Positions 12,798-25,001 of a stretch of 64,000 bases of DNA are shown piece by piece (position 1 is the stretch's first letter; every line of letters starts with the position of its first letter). Source of the DNA: Octopus sinensis (taxonomy: Eukaryota). The stretch covers positions 75,144,001 to 75,208,000 of the forward strand of contig NC_043006.1 in the NCBI RefSeq assembly GCF_006345805.1, given 5' to 3'. The notes under the pieces are model-generated. The model saw nothing but the letters and a program-made list of their open reading frames with translations, made no database searches and was not told the origin of the DNA. The translations under genes and the position numbers were made by a program.

Positions 12798-13689
12798 TGA
12801 AAGAAGGAGACAGTGTGCCCGTATATGGTTACAGTAGTCTGCTAAAAATAGCTGACAAATTTTCATATCACACTTTATAGCATATTGGAGAAGGCCGCAT
12901 CAGACGGTTAATCTTATTTTATCAAGTGGGTGAGGGAATCTATGTGGTCGCTCAACCTGCTAGAAATAGCAACCAAATCTTCTTCAGATCACATTTATAA
13001 TCTTAAATGAAAAGGACAGTCTAGATAAGGTGGTTATGGGTGCACTGTCTGAGAAAACGACAGGATGGTCATAGCTAGAATGTCTTTGAGACCAACAATA
13101 ACAACAGCAGCAGTAACACCACCACCAACAACAACAACAATAACAATAACAACTTACAGGCTTATTTACTAGGCTTTGATAAAGGGATAATTACTATATA
13201 TGATGGGGTTCTGGAAAGTTCTTGGCTTTGGGTGAAAAGATACAGAAGGATCAGGTAATTATGATTTTATTTAACATATTCCTCTCTCAGATTCACACAC
13301 TTGCTGCAGTGCTCCTTCAGTTTTTCTAATTCCTCCAAAAGAACCCGGAAGTTTGGGCCTCCAGCCAGGCTTTCCATGCTACCTTTAGAGCCAGGAACTT
13401 TTCAGCAACCCCTTATATACATTTCCCCATACTGGTGCTGCATAAAAGCACTCATGCCAGTATTACATAAGTCTGTACTCGTGCCACTTAATAAGCACCC
13501 AGTACACTATAAAGTGGTTAGCAGTAGCAAAGGTATTCACCCATAGAAATCACTCCAAGATAGACAATTTGAGTGTGGGCAAATCTTCGGCTGGCCACCT
13601 CCTGTCAAACAGTTCAACTCATGACATCATAGGAAAACAGATGTTAAATGATAATGATGATGGTAATTTCAGTACAATGTAATCTCAAC

Positions 13690-14055
13690 TATAATGCCAG
13701 TGCCGCCTGACTGGCACCTGTGCTGGTGGCGTGTAAAAAGCACCATTTGAGCATGGTTGATGCCAGTGCTGCATGACTGGCTCCAGTGCCGTTGGCATGT
13801 AAAAAGCACCATTCAAGCATGGTTGATGCCAATGTAGCTTGACTGGACCCCGTGCCACTGACACGTAAAAGGCACTCAATACACTCTCAGAGTGGTTGGT
13901 GTTAGGAAGGGCATCCAGCTGTAGAAACATTGCCAGATTAGACTGGAGCCTGGTGCAGTTTCCTGGCTTACCAGTCCTCAGTCAAACTGTCTAACCCATC
14001 CCAGCATGGAAAGCGAACATTAAACGATGAAGATAATGATGATGATGATGGTGAG
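13690..14055 (+). mobile_element. 5'-truncated RTE LINE 3' end with hairpin repeats
   Basis: Repeated AAAAAGCACCAT units, then the conserved tail and (GAT)n. Confidence 0.8.
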
Positions 14056-14344
14056 GATGATGAATGCAACTCACATCATCTTTTGTACTCCAAACTCAGT
14101 AATATAGTTTATGCATTTTTTCTTTTATTATTGCTTTTTCAATAGCTCAAGTATAATGCATAGTATGGTTATTGTAAATTGTAAATGAGTGTCATCTTCA
14201 TACAAGCAATGTCATTGATTTCCAGTAATGGGGACCTTGTTCGGAGACAGGTGAAGGGTATTCGATCACAGAAAATCTGCTTTAACAAATTCTGTGTATG
14301 TGTGTGTGTGTGTGTGCACACACACATACACATATATATATATA

Positions 14345-14632
14345 TTGTTGTTGTTGTTTGTTCCTTTTTGAGCCAAGCCTGGTTTAATGGTTTCCTTGGT
14401 GTATAGGTTCCCCACCTGGATGGGACGGCGGTCCGTCACAGGTGAGCTGCAAGATGCAGGATCAAAGAGTGAGAGAAAGTTGTGGCAAAGGAGTCAGCAG
14501 AGGTTTGCCATTACCTTCTGCCGGAGCCGCGTCGAGCTTAGGTGTTTCACTCAGAAACACGGTCTGAGGTTCGAACCCGTGATCCCTCGACCACGAATCC
14601 ACTGCTCTAACCACTAGGCCATGTGCCTCAAC
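14345..14632 (-). mobile_element. tRNA-derived SINE family C
   Basis: Head GAGGCACATGGCCTAGTGGTTAGAGC...GGTTCGAACC, tail (AAC)n; matches 53079-53383. Confidence 0.85.
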
Positions 14633-14774
14633 ATATATATATATATATATTATATGTTTGTATATATTTATGTATATATGTATAAACGTATGTGTATATA
14701 TATATATGTGTGTGTGTGTAATATAAATGGATATATATGTATGCATATATACATATGTATATATGCTTATATAG

Positions 14775-14813
<39 letters not shown>

Positions 14814-15220
14814 CACATGCATAAATACAGATATATGAAATGAAATCTATATGTAATATCTACAATATATCTTATTACTTTAGGAATGTTAATGACACAA
14901 AACCACTTAATATATTGAGATAGAGTTAATTAGATTGTGTGTACATCTAAATATGCTGAAAGTAAACCAATGTATATAAACATTTTGATATTTGATATAC
15001 AATATATATACATATATATATATATTTTTTGCAAAATATATATATACATACATACATATATATATATTTTGCAAAAGGGCAAAAGCTCACTCGATCTCGA
15101 TTTTCTGTAGATGCACACCCAAGGCTGACCCATGCCTTCTTAGTCAAATTAGTTGATGGAAGCAAACTGCATACCACACCATGGTACACTTCTGTAACTG
15201 AAGCAAAAAAGCGGGATAAA

Positions 15221-15271
<51 letters not shown>

Positions 15272-15276
<5 letters not shown>

Positions 15277-15471
15277 ATAAGCCCTGCCTGGATTTTGAAT
15301 AAAGAAAACAAGTGGTCAAATGTTATATTTAATTGAAATTTAATCCTCAATATATTTTCCCTGATTATTTATGACTTCCTTCCATCTATTTCCAAGCTTT
15401 TTAATCCCATCAATGTAAAACTCTTGGTTTCAAAGCGAAGGACTCTGAAATGTCAGTTTTGACCTCAGCTT
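15272..15471 (-). mobile_element. Mariner 3' end (transposase C-terminus plus inner TIR), copy 1
   Basis: Translates AEVKTDISE.../EFYIDGIKKLGNRWKEVINNQGKYIED*; end resembles the TIR at 18405-18430 (shared AAAATC...CTTATGGGAT). Confidence 0.8.
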
Positions 15472-15486
15472 GCTTATGGGATATAT

Positions 15487-15534
<48 letters not shown>

Positions 15535-16298
15535 ATATATGTTTTTATCCCGCTTTTTTGCTTCAGTTACAGAAGTGTACCATGGTGTGGTATGCAGTTT
15601 GCTTCCATCAACTAATTTGACTAAGAAGGCATGGGTCAGCCTTGGGTGTGCATCTACAGAAAATCGAGATCGAGTGAGCTTTTGCCCTTTTGCAAAATAT
15701 ATATATATATGTATGTATATATATATATATTTTGCAAAAAATATATATATATATGTATATATATATATGTGTGTGTGTGTAATATAAATGGATATATATG
15801 TATGCATATATACATATGTATATATGTTTATATAGATACACACACGCACACTCACACGCACACACACACACACACACACACCTGCACCATCATAAATACA
15901 GATATATGAAATGAAATCTATATGTAATATCTACAATATATCTTATTACTTTAGGAATGTTAATGACACAAAACCACTTAATATATTGAGATAGAGTTAA
16001 TTAGATTGTGTGTACATCTAAATATGCTGAAAGTAAACCAATGTATATAAACATTTTGATATTTGATATACAATATATATATACATATATATATATATTT
16101 TTTGCAAAATATATATATATATATACATACATATATATATATATTTTGCAAAAGGGCAAAAGCTCACTCGATCTCGATTTTCTGTAGATGCACACCCAAG
16201 GCTGACCCATGCCTTCTTAGTCAAATTAGTTGATGGAAGCAAACTGCATACCACACCATGGTACACTTCTGTAACTGAAGCAAAAAAGCGGGATGAAA

Positions 16299-16351
<53 letters not shown>

Positions 16352-16356
<5 letters not shown>

Positions 16357-16551
16357 ATAAGCCCTGCCTGGATTTTGAATAAAGAAAACAAGTGGTCAAA
16401 TGTTATATTTAATTGAAATTTAATCCTCAATATATTTTCCCTGATTATTTATGACTTCCTTCCATCTATTTACAAGCTTTTTAATCCCATCAATGTAAAA
16501 CTCTTGGTTTCAAAGCGAAGGACTCTGAAATGTCAGTTTTGACCTCAGCTT
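16352..16551 (-). mobile_element. Mariner 3' end, copy 2
   Basis: Direct copy of 15272-15471 with one visible substitution. Confidence 0.8.
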
Positions 16552-16557
16552 GCTTAT

Positions 16558-16621
<64 letters not shown>

Positions 16622-17033
16622 TTTCATCCCGCTTTTTTGCTTCAGTTACAGAAGTGTACCATGGTGTGGTATGCAGTTTGCTTCCATCAACTAATTTGAC
16701 TAAGAAGGCATGGGTCAGCCTTGGGTGTGCATCTACAGAAAATCGAGATCGAGTGAGCTTTTGCCCTTTTGCAAAATATATATATATATGTATGTATATA
16801 TATATATATTTTGCAAAAAATATATATATATATGTATATATATATTGTATATCAAATATCAAAATGTTTATATACATTGGTTTACTTTCAGCATATTTAG
16901 ATGTACACACAATCTAATTAACTCTATCTCAATATATTAAGTGGTTTTGTGTCATTAACATTCCTAAAGTAATAAGATATATTGTAGATATTACATATAG
17001 ATTTCATTTCATATATCTGTATTTATGATGGTG

Positions 17034-17080
<47 letters not shown>

Positions 17081-17375
17081 CTATATAAGCATATATACAT
17101 ATGTATATATGCATACATATATATCCATTTATATTACACACACACACACATATATATATACACACATACGTTTATACATATATACATAAATATATACAAA
17201 CATATAATATATATATATATATATATGTTGAGGCACATGGCCTAGTGCTTAGAGCAGTGGATTCGTGGTCGAGGGATCACGGGTTCGAACCTCAGACCGT
17301 GTTTCTGAGTGAAACACCTAAGCTCGACGCGGCTCCGGCAGAAGGTAATGGCAAACCTCTGCTGACTCCTTTGCC

Positions 17376-18430
17376 CCCAAATGATTCTTTACACTACGAA
17401 ACAAATGGTAGTCTGAAGGAGCAAGGTCGGGAGAATAAGGTGGATGAGGAATTTTTTCCCAACCAAGCTCTTCTATTTACTGTGATTTGATCTTTGCAGT
17501 GTGGGGTTGCGCATTGTCCTGATGAAACAACACTCCTTTTCGATTCACTAAAGTGGGTCTTTTTTTCTTCAAAGCTTGGTTCAAATGCTCTAATTTCTGA
17601 CAGTAGACTTGAGCATTTATTGCTGCATTAGTGACAATTCAAATTGAAATACTCTTTTGTAATCCTACCAGATAGAGAGAGAAATCTTTTTCCCATGAAG
17701 TTTCCTTCTTGGTTGTGGTTGAGTTTTTTCCCTTTTACCAAGCCACTGTTTACGACATTTAACATTTCGATAGAAGATCCATTTTTCATCACCAGTCACA
17801 AGTCTATCCAAAAAGGGTGAAATGAGTTCGTGAGAATGGAGAGAAAAGCAGATGTCAACTCGGGATTTGCAGTTGTTTTCGGACAATTCGCGAGGCATCA
17901 TTTTCCAAGTTTAGGAACCCTTCCAAGCTGTTGAAGATGATGATGAACAGTTGTATGGTTTGAGCTAAGCTTTATTGCCAATCCTTCATTTGATCATGCA
18001 GGATTTTCTTCAAGTAATGCCTCAAGGAGCTTATCATCAAACTCAACTGGATGTCCTGTTCGATCATCATCTTCAAGGCTGAAATCTCCACTTCTGAATT
18101 TTGCAAACCATGTTCTGCAAGTTCTTTTATTCAAGCATTCTTTCCCATAAACTGAGTGTATGTTCCAAGTTGCTTCAGCTGCAGAGTTTCCATTTTTTGT
18201 ACTCATAAAGCATTATGTGCCTCAAATGCTCTTTGGATACTTCCATGTTAGGAAGGGTTTTAATCAAAGAAATTTTAATTCTATTATTCTGTAAAATAAT
18301 ATTTGATTAGTTTAAATGTACACAAATGCATGAAAATAATTTTTAATTCCATTACACATTCTAAAATACTATTAAATTTCATTCAATTTTAAAAAAGGTA
18401 AAATCAGAGAGAACTTATGGGATGACCTGG
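17376..18430 (-). mobile_element. Mariner (Tc1/mariner) transposon, main body, transposase pseudogene
   Basis: HTH region (WFAKFRSGDFSLED), VTGDEKW, PHPPYSPDLAPSDYHLFRS motifs; TIR ...CTTATGGGATGACCTGG followed by TA. Confidence 0.9.
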
Positions 18431-18454
18431 TATATATAGACATATATATATATT

Positions 18455-18800
18455 CTTTTATTTGTTTTCTTTTATTTGTGTCAGTCATTTGACTGCAGCC
18501 ATGCTGGAGCACCGCCTTTAGTTGAACAAATCCACCCCAGGACTTATATTTTTAAGCTTAGTATATGAATTCCAGTTGTCAAGCAATGGTGGAGGGACAA
18601 ACAGACACAATGACACACACACACATGCATGCACGCACACACATATACGATAGGCTTCTTTCAATTTCCATCAGCCAAATCCACTCATAAAGCTTCAGTC
18701 CGCCTGAGGCTATAGCAGAGGACATTTGCCCAAAATGCCATGCAGTGGGATTGAACCTGAAATCATGTGGTTGGGAAGCAAGCTTCTCACCACATTTTAT
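18455..18800 (-). mobile_element. SINE family B (diverged)
   Basis: Reverse-complement match to family B. Confidence 0.75.
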
Positions 18801-19669
18801 GTGACAGCAACACCGGTTTCAGTTCTGTCTGTGGTGGATGGGCTTCTTGAGTGCAGCAATGCACCAGATATCTTGGTTCTTAGTTATTTCCTTGTAAGAC
18901 ACAGTGTCTTGAGACTGGCCCTCAATATTGTGTCCCATGTTTTCCTGGATCTCACTTTTCCACAAATTCTATCCACTGTAAGTGATTGGCATTTCTGTAT
19001 GCAACTGTCTATATCTATAAATATAGATGACACCATCCCGCTGGCTAAGTGAGCAGGTCAACAGAAGAAAGAGTGAGAGAAAGTTGCGGCGAAAGAGTAC
19101 AGCAGGGATCGCCACCACCCCTTGCTGGAGCCTCGTGGAGCTTTAGGTGTTTTCGCAGTTTACACCATTTTCAAAAAGCTGAAAAGGAAAGATGTGGCTT
19201 ATGTCGCAGCTGTCTTGCTCCTGACTAGTGTTTGAGGCTTGCCCTAATTTTATAGGAAGTTCATGGCTCACATTAGTATCATCATCATCATCATCATTGT
19301 TTAACGTCTGCTTTCCATGCTAGCATGGGTTGGACGATTTTGACTGAGGGCTGGCAATTGTGTATATGTATATGTTTTGAATAGGATTTGATTGGTAGAG
19401 GATAGTCTCATGACTGGCCTTATAAATTTTTGTAGTTTACCCGCTTTTTTTGTGTATTCATTTCAAGTGACGATGTTTGGCGCCATAAGTTAAGGCTGAC
19501 ATGGTTGACTGAACATGCCCCAACAATCAATGCTTTGAATGCTTTCTGTCAAGTGTTTGTAGAGAATGAACACATGATTGAGTTCATAACCTTTTGTACA
19601 TTTCGTGCTATGTCCATGTGTTAGTGTCAGATGACAGTATGTGAACACGTTTAGTGTATATATATATAG

Positions 19670-19847
19670 ATAAATGAAAGAATGGAGTCGAACGAAGATT
19701 TAACAAAATTCCTTTATTCTCGACATATGTTTTGAAGACTGCATATTCTTAATTCCGAAGGAATAAAGGGTGCATTATACCGTCTTCTCATCAGGAAAGA
19801 CAAGGAACTTATGTCAGCATCATGACGAACAAAAACTTTTAGATGAC

Positions 19848-19850
<3 letters not shown>
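19670..19850 (-). mobile_element. Penelope-like/retrozyme-like fragment with degenerate hammerhead, between TA runs
   Basis: Minus strand CTGATGA-GAAGAC...GTCTTC-AAAA-CATATG-TC; flanked by (TA)n on both sides. Confidence 0.5.
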
Positions 19851-19904
<54 letters not shown>

Positions 19905-21081
19905 GATAAAACTTACTTAGAAATGGATGCATGTGTTCCATCATATAATAACAAATTAATAAATAAAACATATGCATATATACATACATATATGTATGTA
20001 ACTACATCTATATGTATATATACATGCATATATGGGTACAGGACACCAAGGAAATGGACACCTCTCTTAAACAACGAAAAAATAGAGTACAAGACATACA
20101 ACATCAGGAAAATTGCCCTTCTTCAGCTGCCTCTGTTTCATCTACTCCGTGTTTATATATATATATATATATAAGAGAACAAAGTGTATGTATGCCGTTT
20201 TATATATATATATATATATATATAAGACAAAATGGGACAAGAACGCAAAACATCCGAACAACTAGGTGATACAAAAAGGGACAACAAAACAGCCAGATAG
20301 ACGATACAAAGAAAACAAGGACAGGTTATTTGAAGTTTTCTATCTTCAGTTAAGAACCAGATTATCCTTGCAATTTTGGCTATATATATATATATATAGA
20401 TAGATAGATATATATACATATATAAATACATATATAAATACATATATGCAATTGTTAGATTTACAATTATTCCAACACATCTTCAGGTTCTATTTCAAAA
20501 TATTATATATCTAATTTTACATCCCTTTAAAAATAAGCAATACAATTAAGCATTAAATATTAAAGATTAAGAATAAAAATTATACTTTGTAATATTAAGA
20601 ATTAAAATTTATAAATATTACATTATAAATATGAATTAGATATATATCAATCATGTAAAATGAAGTTTATGTCAAATAAAGAATGTGAGATATCAGATTA
20701 AACATCAGAATAAAAATGTCTGTGTTTAAATGTGATATATAACAAGAAAAATTCAAATACATATCTTCCTTTTTTTTGCTGGTACTAAGATAGAGGAATA
20801 AGAGCAGGGAACTATGGGTATTTATAGGTGAATAGTACCAAGAGGGATAATTATACTATACATAGTTTTAATTTTAAATTATTATCTATTATTATTTTCA
20901 AATTTTCCTGTATTGGGAGGTATATATAATTTGTTATTATATAATTTTAGTAATATTTAAATTATTGTATTATTATCTTTTTTTAGTTATTTATATAGTC
21001 TATTCAAGTGCTTTTAGAAATAAAATTATGTGGTTATTTGATTCAGGGGTTCAGTACTTCATTTTACTAAATATAAAATTA

Positions 21082-21189
21082 CATGGTATCAGTTCGCACA
21101 TCACGAAATAATACTTAAAGGGTATAACCAAAATTAATTTTGGTTATATCCTCTGAGTATTATTTCATGATGTGCAAATTGATACCATG
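21082..21189. repeat. 108-bp spacerless near-perfect palindrome
   Basis: 54-bp arms with 6 mismatches, all transitions; centre AAAATTAATTTT. Confidence 0.9.
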
Positions 21190-21503
21190 AGTTTACTGTC
21201 AGATATACTTGTTAGGTTATTTTTGTATTATCTGAAATAGAATACTTGCATATCAATTAATCCCCCAAAATTGAATATGTATATAGTGAAAGAGAGAGAA
21301 GAAGTCATGCTTCTTTGTTCATATTTGAATACGCTTCTAATCTGTTGCTGGGCCGATTGCGGTGATTGGTGATCTTTCTCAGATCACATTTTAGCATCCT
21401 AGAAAAGGACACTTTGAACTCAGTTAAACTTATTTTACTGAGAGTCAAGGGGAGAGAGAAAGAGGAGGGAATAGATAGACAGAGAGAGAGGGAGGATAGA
21501 TAG

Positions 21504-21563
<60 letters not shown>

Positions 21564-21642
21564 CTGGCTGTTGTTTTTAAATAAACAAGGGCATTTCTCC
21601 TTGGTACAAAAATGATGTCGCTGGGCCGATTGCAGTAATATA

Positions 21643-21723
<81 letters not shown>

Positions 21724-21736
21724 ATATATATAATAC

Positions 21737-22119
21737 TAGCAGTATCGCCGGCGTTGCTCAGGTTTGTAAGGGAATAACTATAAAGCATTTTTAGAGAGTT
21801 ATAGCAAAAAATAGCCAAAAAATGGAAAAAAAATGATGGTAAATTTTTTTTTGAGAGTAATAAAAGGTTGAGTTGCGTCCCCTAGACAGTCTGTGGTTTG
21901 TTTTTTTTTATTCTCGACCCCATGTCGAATTTATCGATTTTTTTCAGAACTGGGGGAACTTTTCAAAATTTTCGCTGCGTTAGTTTTGAATTATGACATT
22001 GGGCTATGTGTGTGTCAAGTTTCATCAGAATCGGTTGAAAGCCGTGGTCAGGGTGAGGGTACGAGAAAACAGACACACAGAAACACGCACAGACAAACTG
22101 CCGTTTATATAGAGAGAGA
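21737..22119 (-). mobile_element. Non-autonomous Helitron-like element (Lep1/DINE-type)
   Basis: Minus strand starts A|TC and ends with a GC-rich subterminal hairpin and CTAG|T; one end homologous to 54931-55306. Confidence 0.7.
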
Positions 22120-22235
22120 TTTGTAATAACATTATATATGCATTTATACTGCTTCTGTTATATTAATTATATGTGTATGTATGTATATGAATGTATGTGG
22201 ATGCACACACACACACACACACACACACATGTATA

Positions 22236-23915
22236 TTGGGTTAGCAAGGAAGTAATTTCAGTTTTTAGTGTTAAATAAAAGTAATTTATTTTTATACAAA
22301 GAATGAACTTTATTCAATGATTTATTTTCCTTTTTGTTCAAAGACCTTTTGCCATCTTTCTGACAACTTCATGATTCCATACTCATAGAACTTCTGGTCC
22401 TTAGCAGCCAAAAACTGAAGCAAGTATGAATTCAGGTCATCATCATTATTAAAAGTTTTGCTATTCAAAGAATTTTGCAAACTTCGCAATAAATGGTAAT
22501 TTGATGGTGCAAGGTCAGGGCTATATGGTAGATGTGACATCATTTCCTAGCCAAGCTCCAATAATTTTTCACAAGTTAGCAAAGATGTGTGTGGTCTAGC
22601 ATTGTCATGGTGGAACATGATTCTTTTACGATTTGCTAATTCTGGCAGTTTTTCTTTGATTGCCTCCTCCAATTTCATTAGTTGTTCACAGTAAACATCT
22701 GAATTGATCGCTTAGTTCCTTGAAAGCAACTCAAAATACACAACTCTTTGTAATCCTACCAAATTGACAGCATGACCTTTTTTTGATGCAATTCAGTTTT
22801 CGATGTGGTTTGTGTTGGTTCATTACGCTTGGACCATGATCGTTTTCGATTGATGTTATTGTAGACAATCCATTTTTCATCACTAGCGATGATTCGTTTG
22901 AAAAAAAAAGATGAATTTCATTGCATTTGAAATGCATATCACAAATATTGATTTGTTGTGTTAAGTGAATCTCTTTCAATTTATGTGGAACCCAAATATT
23001 GAGCTTCTTAATGAGTCCAAGACATTTTAAGCGATTTTCAATTGTTGTATGTGATACATTTAACCTCTCTGCAATCTCTTGCTCAGTTATATGACAATCG
23101 GATTCAATTATGGCTTTGATTTGGTCATCATCAACTACAGTAAGTCAACCATGACATTGGTCATCTTTGAGTGAAAAATCTCCAGAACGGAATTTTTTAC
23201 ACCATTTCTGACATGAGAGTTCTGTTAAGCAATCAACACCATAAGCTTTACATAACTCTGTGAGCCTCAGCAGCTTTCTTGCCCTTGGATGGAAGCACTC
23301 CGTCGGTTACGACAACGAGGGTTCCAGTTGATCCGATCAACGGAACAGCCTGCTCGTGAAATTAACGTGTAAGTGGCTGAGCACTCCACAGACACGTGTA
23401 CCCTTAACGTATTTCTCGGGGATATTCAGCGTGACACAGAGAGTGACAAGGCCGGCCCTTTGAAATACAGGTACAACAGAAACAGGAAGTAAGAGTGAGA
23501 GAAAGTTGTGGTGAAAGAGTACAACAGGGATCACCACCATCCCTGCCGGAGCCTCGTGGAGCTTTAGGTGTTTTCGCTCAATAAACACTAACAACGCCCG
23601 GTCTGGGAATCGAAACCGCGATCCTATGACCGCGAGTCCGCTGCCCTAACCACTGGGCCATTGTGCCTCCACTTTCTTGCCCTTAGGGAAATAAAAAATA
23701 ACAAAATATGGCAAAAATGTTTCTTTTTGCACTCCATGTTAAAATTGACACTGAACTAACAGCTGTAAACAAAATTATGTGCAATATACTTCTAAAGTAA
23801 GCTAAAAGAAATGGCTGTCAAATGTCAAAAGGAAAAGATCATAACATTGACAAAAGTCATTAAAAAAATCATAACTCTTTCTATTTGTGAAAAATGAAAT
23901 TACTTTCTTGCCAAC

Positions 23916-23919
<4 letters not shown>
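22236..23919 (-). mobile_element. Full-length degenerate mariner (second family) with nested SINE
   Basis: ~28-bp TIRs TTGGGTT(A/G)GCAAG(G/A)AAGTAATTTCA, TA flanks, LPYSPDLAPSNYHL and KLSERWQKV motifs; ~1.3 kb without the SINE. Confidence 0.9.
23287..23671 (-). mobile_element. tRNA-derived SINE family D, inserted in the mariner
   Basis: 13-bp TSD CTTTCTTGCCCTT (23274-23286 and 23672-23684); tRNA-like head. Confidence 0.9.
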
Positions 23920-23949
<30 letters not shown>

Positions 23950-23952
<3 letters not shown>

Positions 23953-24228
23953 CGGAGATGTACTTGCATAGCAAGTAACCTGATCTGAGATCGTGTGCTG
24001 GAACAAAAACAATTGCAGCATGGAAGGTGTTTATAAGCCATTTAAAAACACACAAAAAGCATTAGATTCACTTCAACATTTAAATTTAATTTGCAGCATG
24101 GAATTTTGTCAGTGGTCTCAAAACGACGAAAATATTTTGGCAATTTAAATTTAAATGTTGAAGTGAATCTAACAGTTTTTGTGTGTTTTTAAATGGCTTA
24201 TAAACACCTGCCACACTGCAATTGTTAT
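23950..24228. mobile_element. MITE-like element with ~80-bp inverted repeats, in TA tracts
   Basis: AACAATTGCAG...TTAGATTCACTTCAACATTTAAATTTA is mirrored at ~24140-24227; related pieces at 58362-58460 and 58590-58675. Confidence 0.7.
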
Positions 24229-24586
24229 ATATATATATATATGTATGTATACATATCCGTATTTTGTTTCCTACATATTTAGTTGTTTAACTACACACAC
24301 AAACACACATACACACACACACACACTTATGAACATCTATTTTTAGAAAGAAGATAACAAAGCAGTCATGCCTGCCATTTCCTCATTTTGGCCATTCTTA
24401 TTGTTTCTCTCTCAGTATTTTTACCACTTGAATTTTATACATTGTTCAGGACATATTTAACAGTTCTAATTACTTAGCTTTGTTGTATATGGTTAGATTA
24501 CTATAAAAGACATTAATTATCTACAATTAAGGCACTATTATGATTTATGAGCTTGGTATTGCCACTCCATGTGTGGTATTCATATT

Positions 24587-25001
24587 GGCGGCGAGCTGGC
24601 AGAAATGTTAGCACGCAGGGTGAAATGCTTAGCAGTATTTCGTTTGCCGCTATGTTCTGAGTTCAAATTCCGCTGAGATCGACTTTGCCTTTCATCATTT
24701 CGGGGTCAATTAAATAAATACCAGTTACGCACTGGGGTTGACATCATCGACTTAATCCGTTTGTCTGTCCTTGTTTGTTCTCTCTGTGTTTAGCCCCTTG
24801 TGGGTAGTAAAGAAATAGGTATTTCGTCTGTCTTTACATTCTGAGTTCAAATTCCGCTGCGGTCGACTTTGCTTTTCATCCTTTCGGGGTCGATAAATTA
24901 AGTGCCAGTTACGCAATGGCGTCGATGTATTCGACTGAAACCCTTTTTCTGTCCTTGTTTGTCCTCTCTGTGTTTAGCCCATTGCGGGCAGTAAAGAAAT
25001 A
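24587..25001 (+). mobile_element. SINE A1 head-to-tail partial dimer
   Basis: Full copy to ~24817, then a 5'-truncated second copy; GGTATTCAT direct repeat at 24575-24583 and 25002-25010. Confidence 0.85.

Larger units (their letters stand above)
14484..17375. repeat. Large inverted duplication (~800-bp arms) containing a 1080-bp internal tandem duplication
   Basis: 14484-15282 is the reverse complement of 16552-17375. ~14700-15765 is directly repeated at +1080. 189-bp spacers at 15283-15471 and 16363-16551. Confidence 0.95.
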
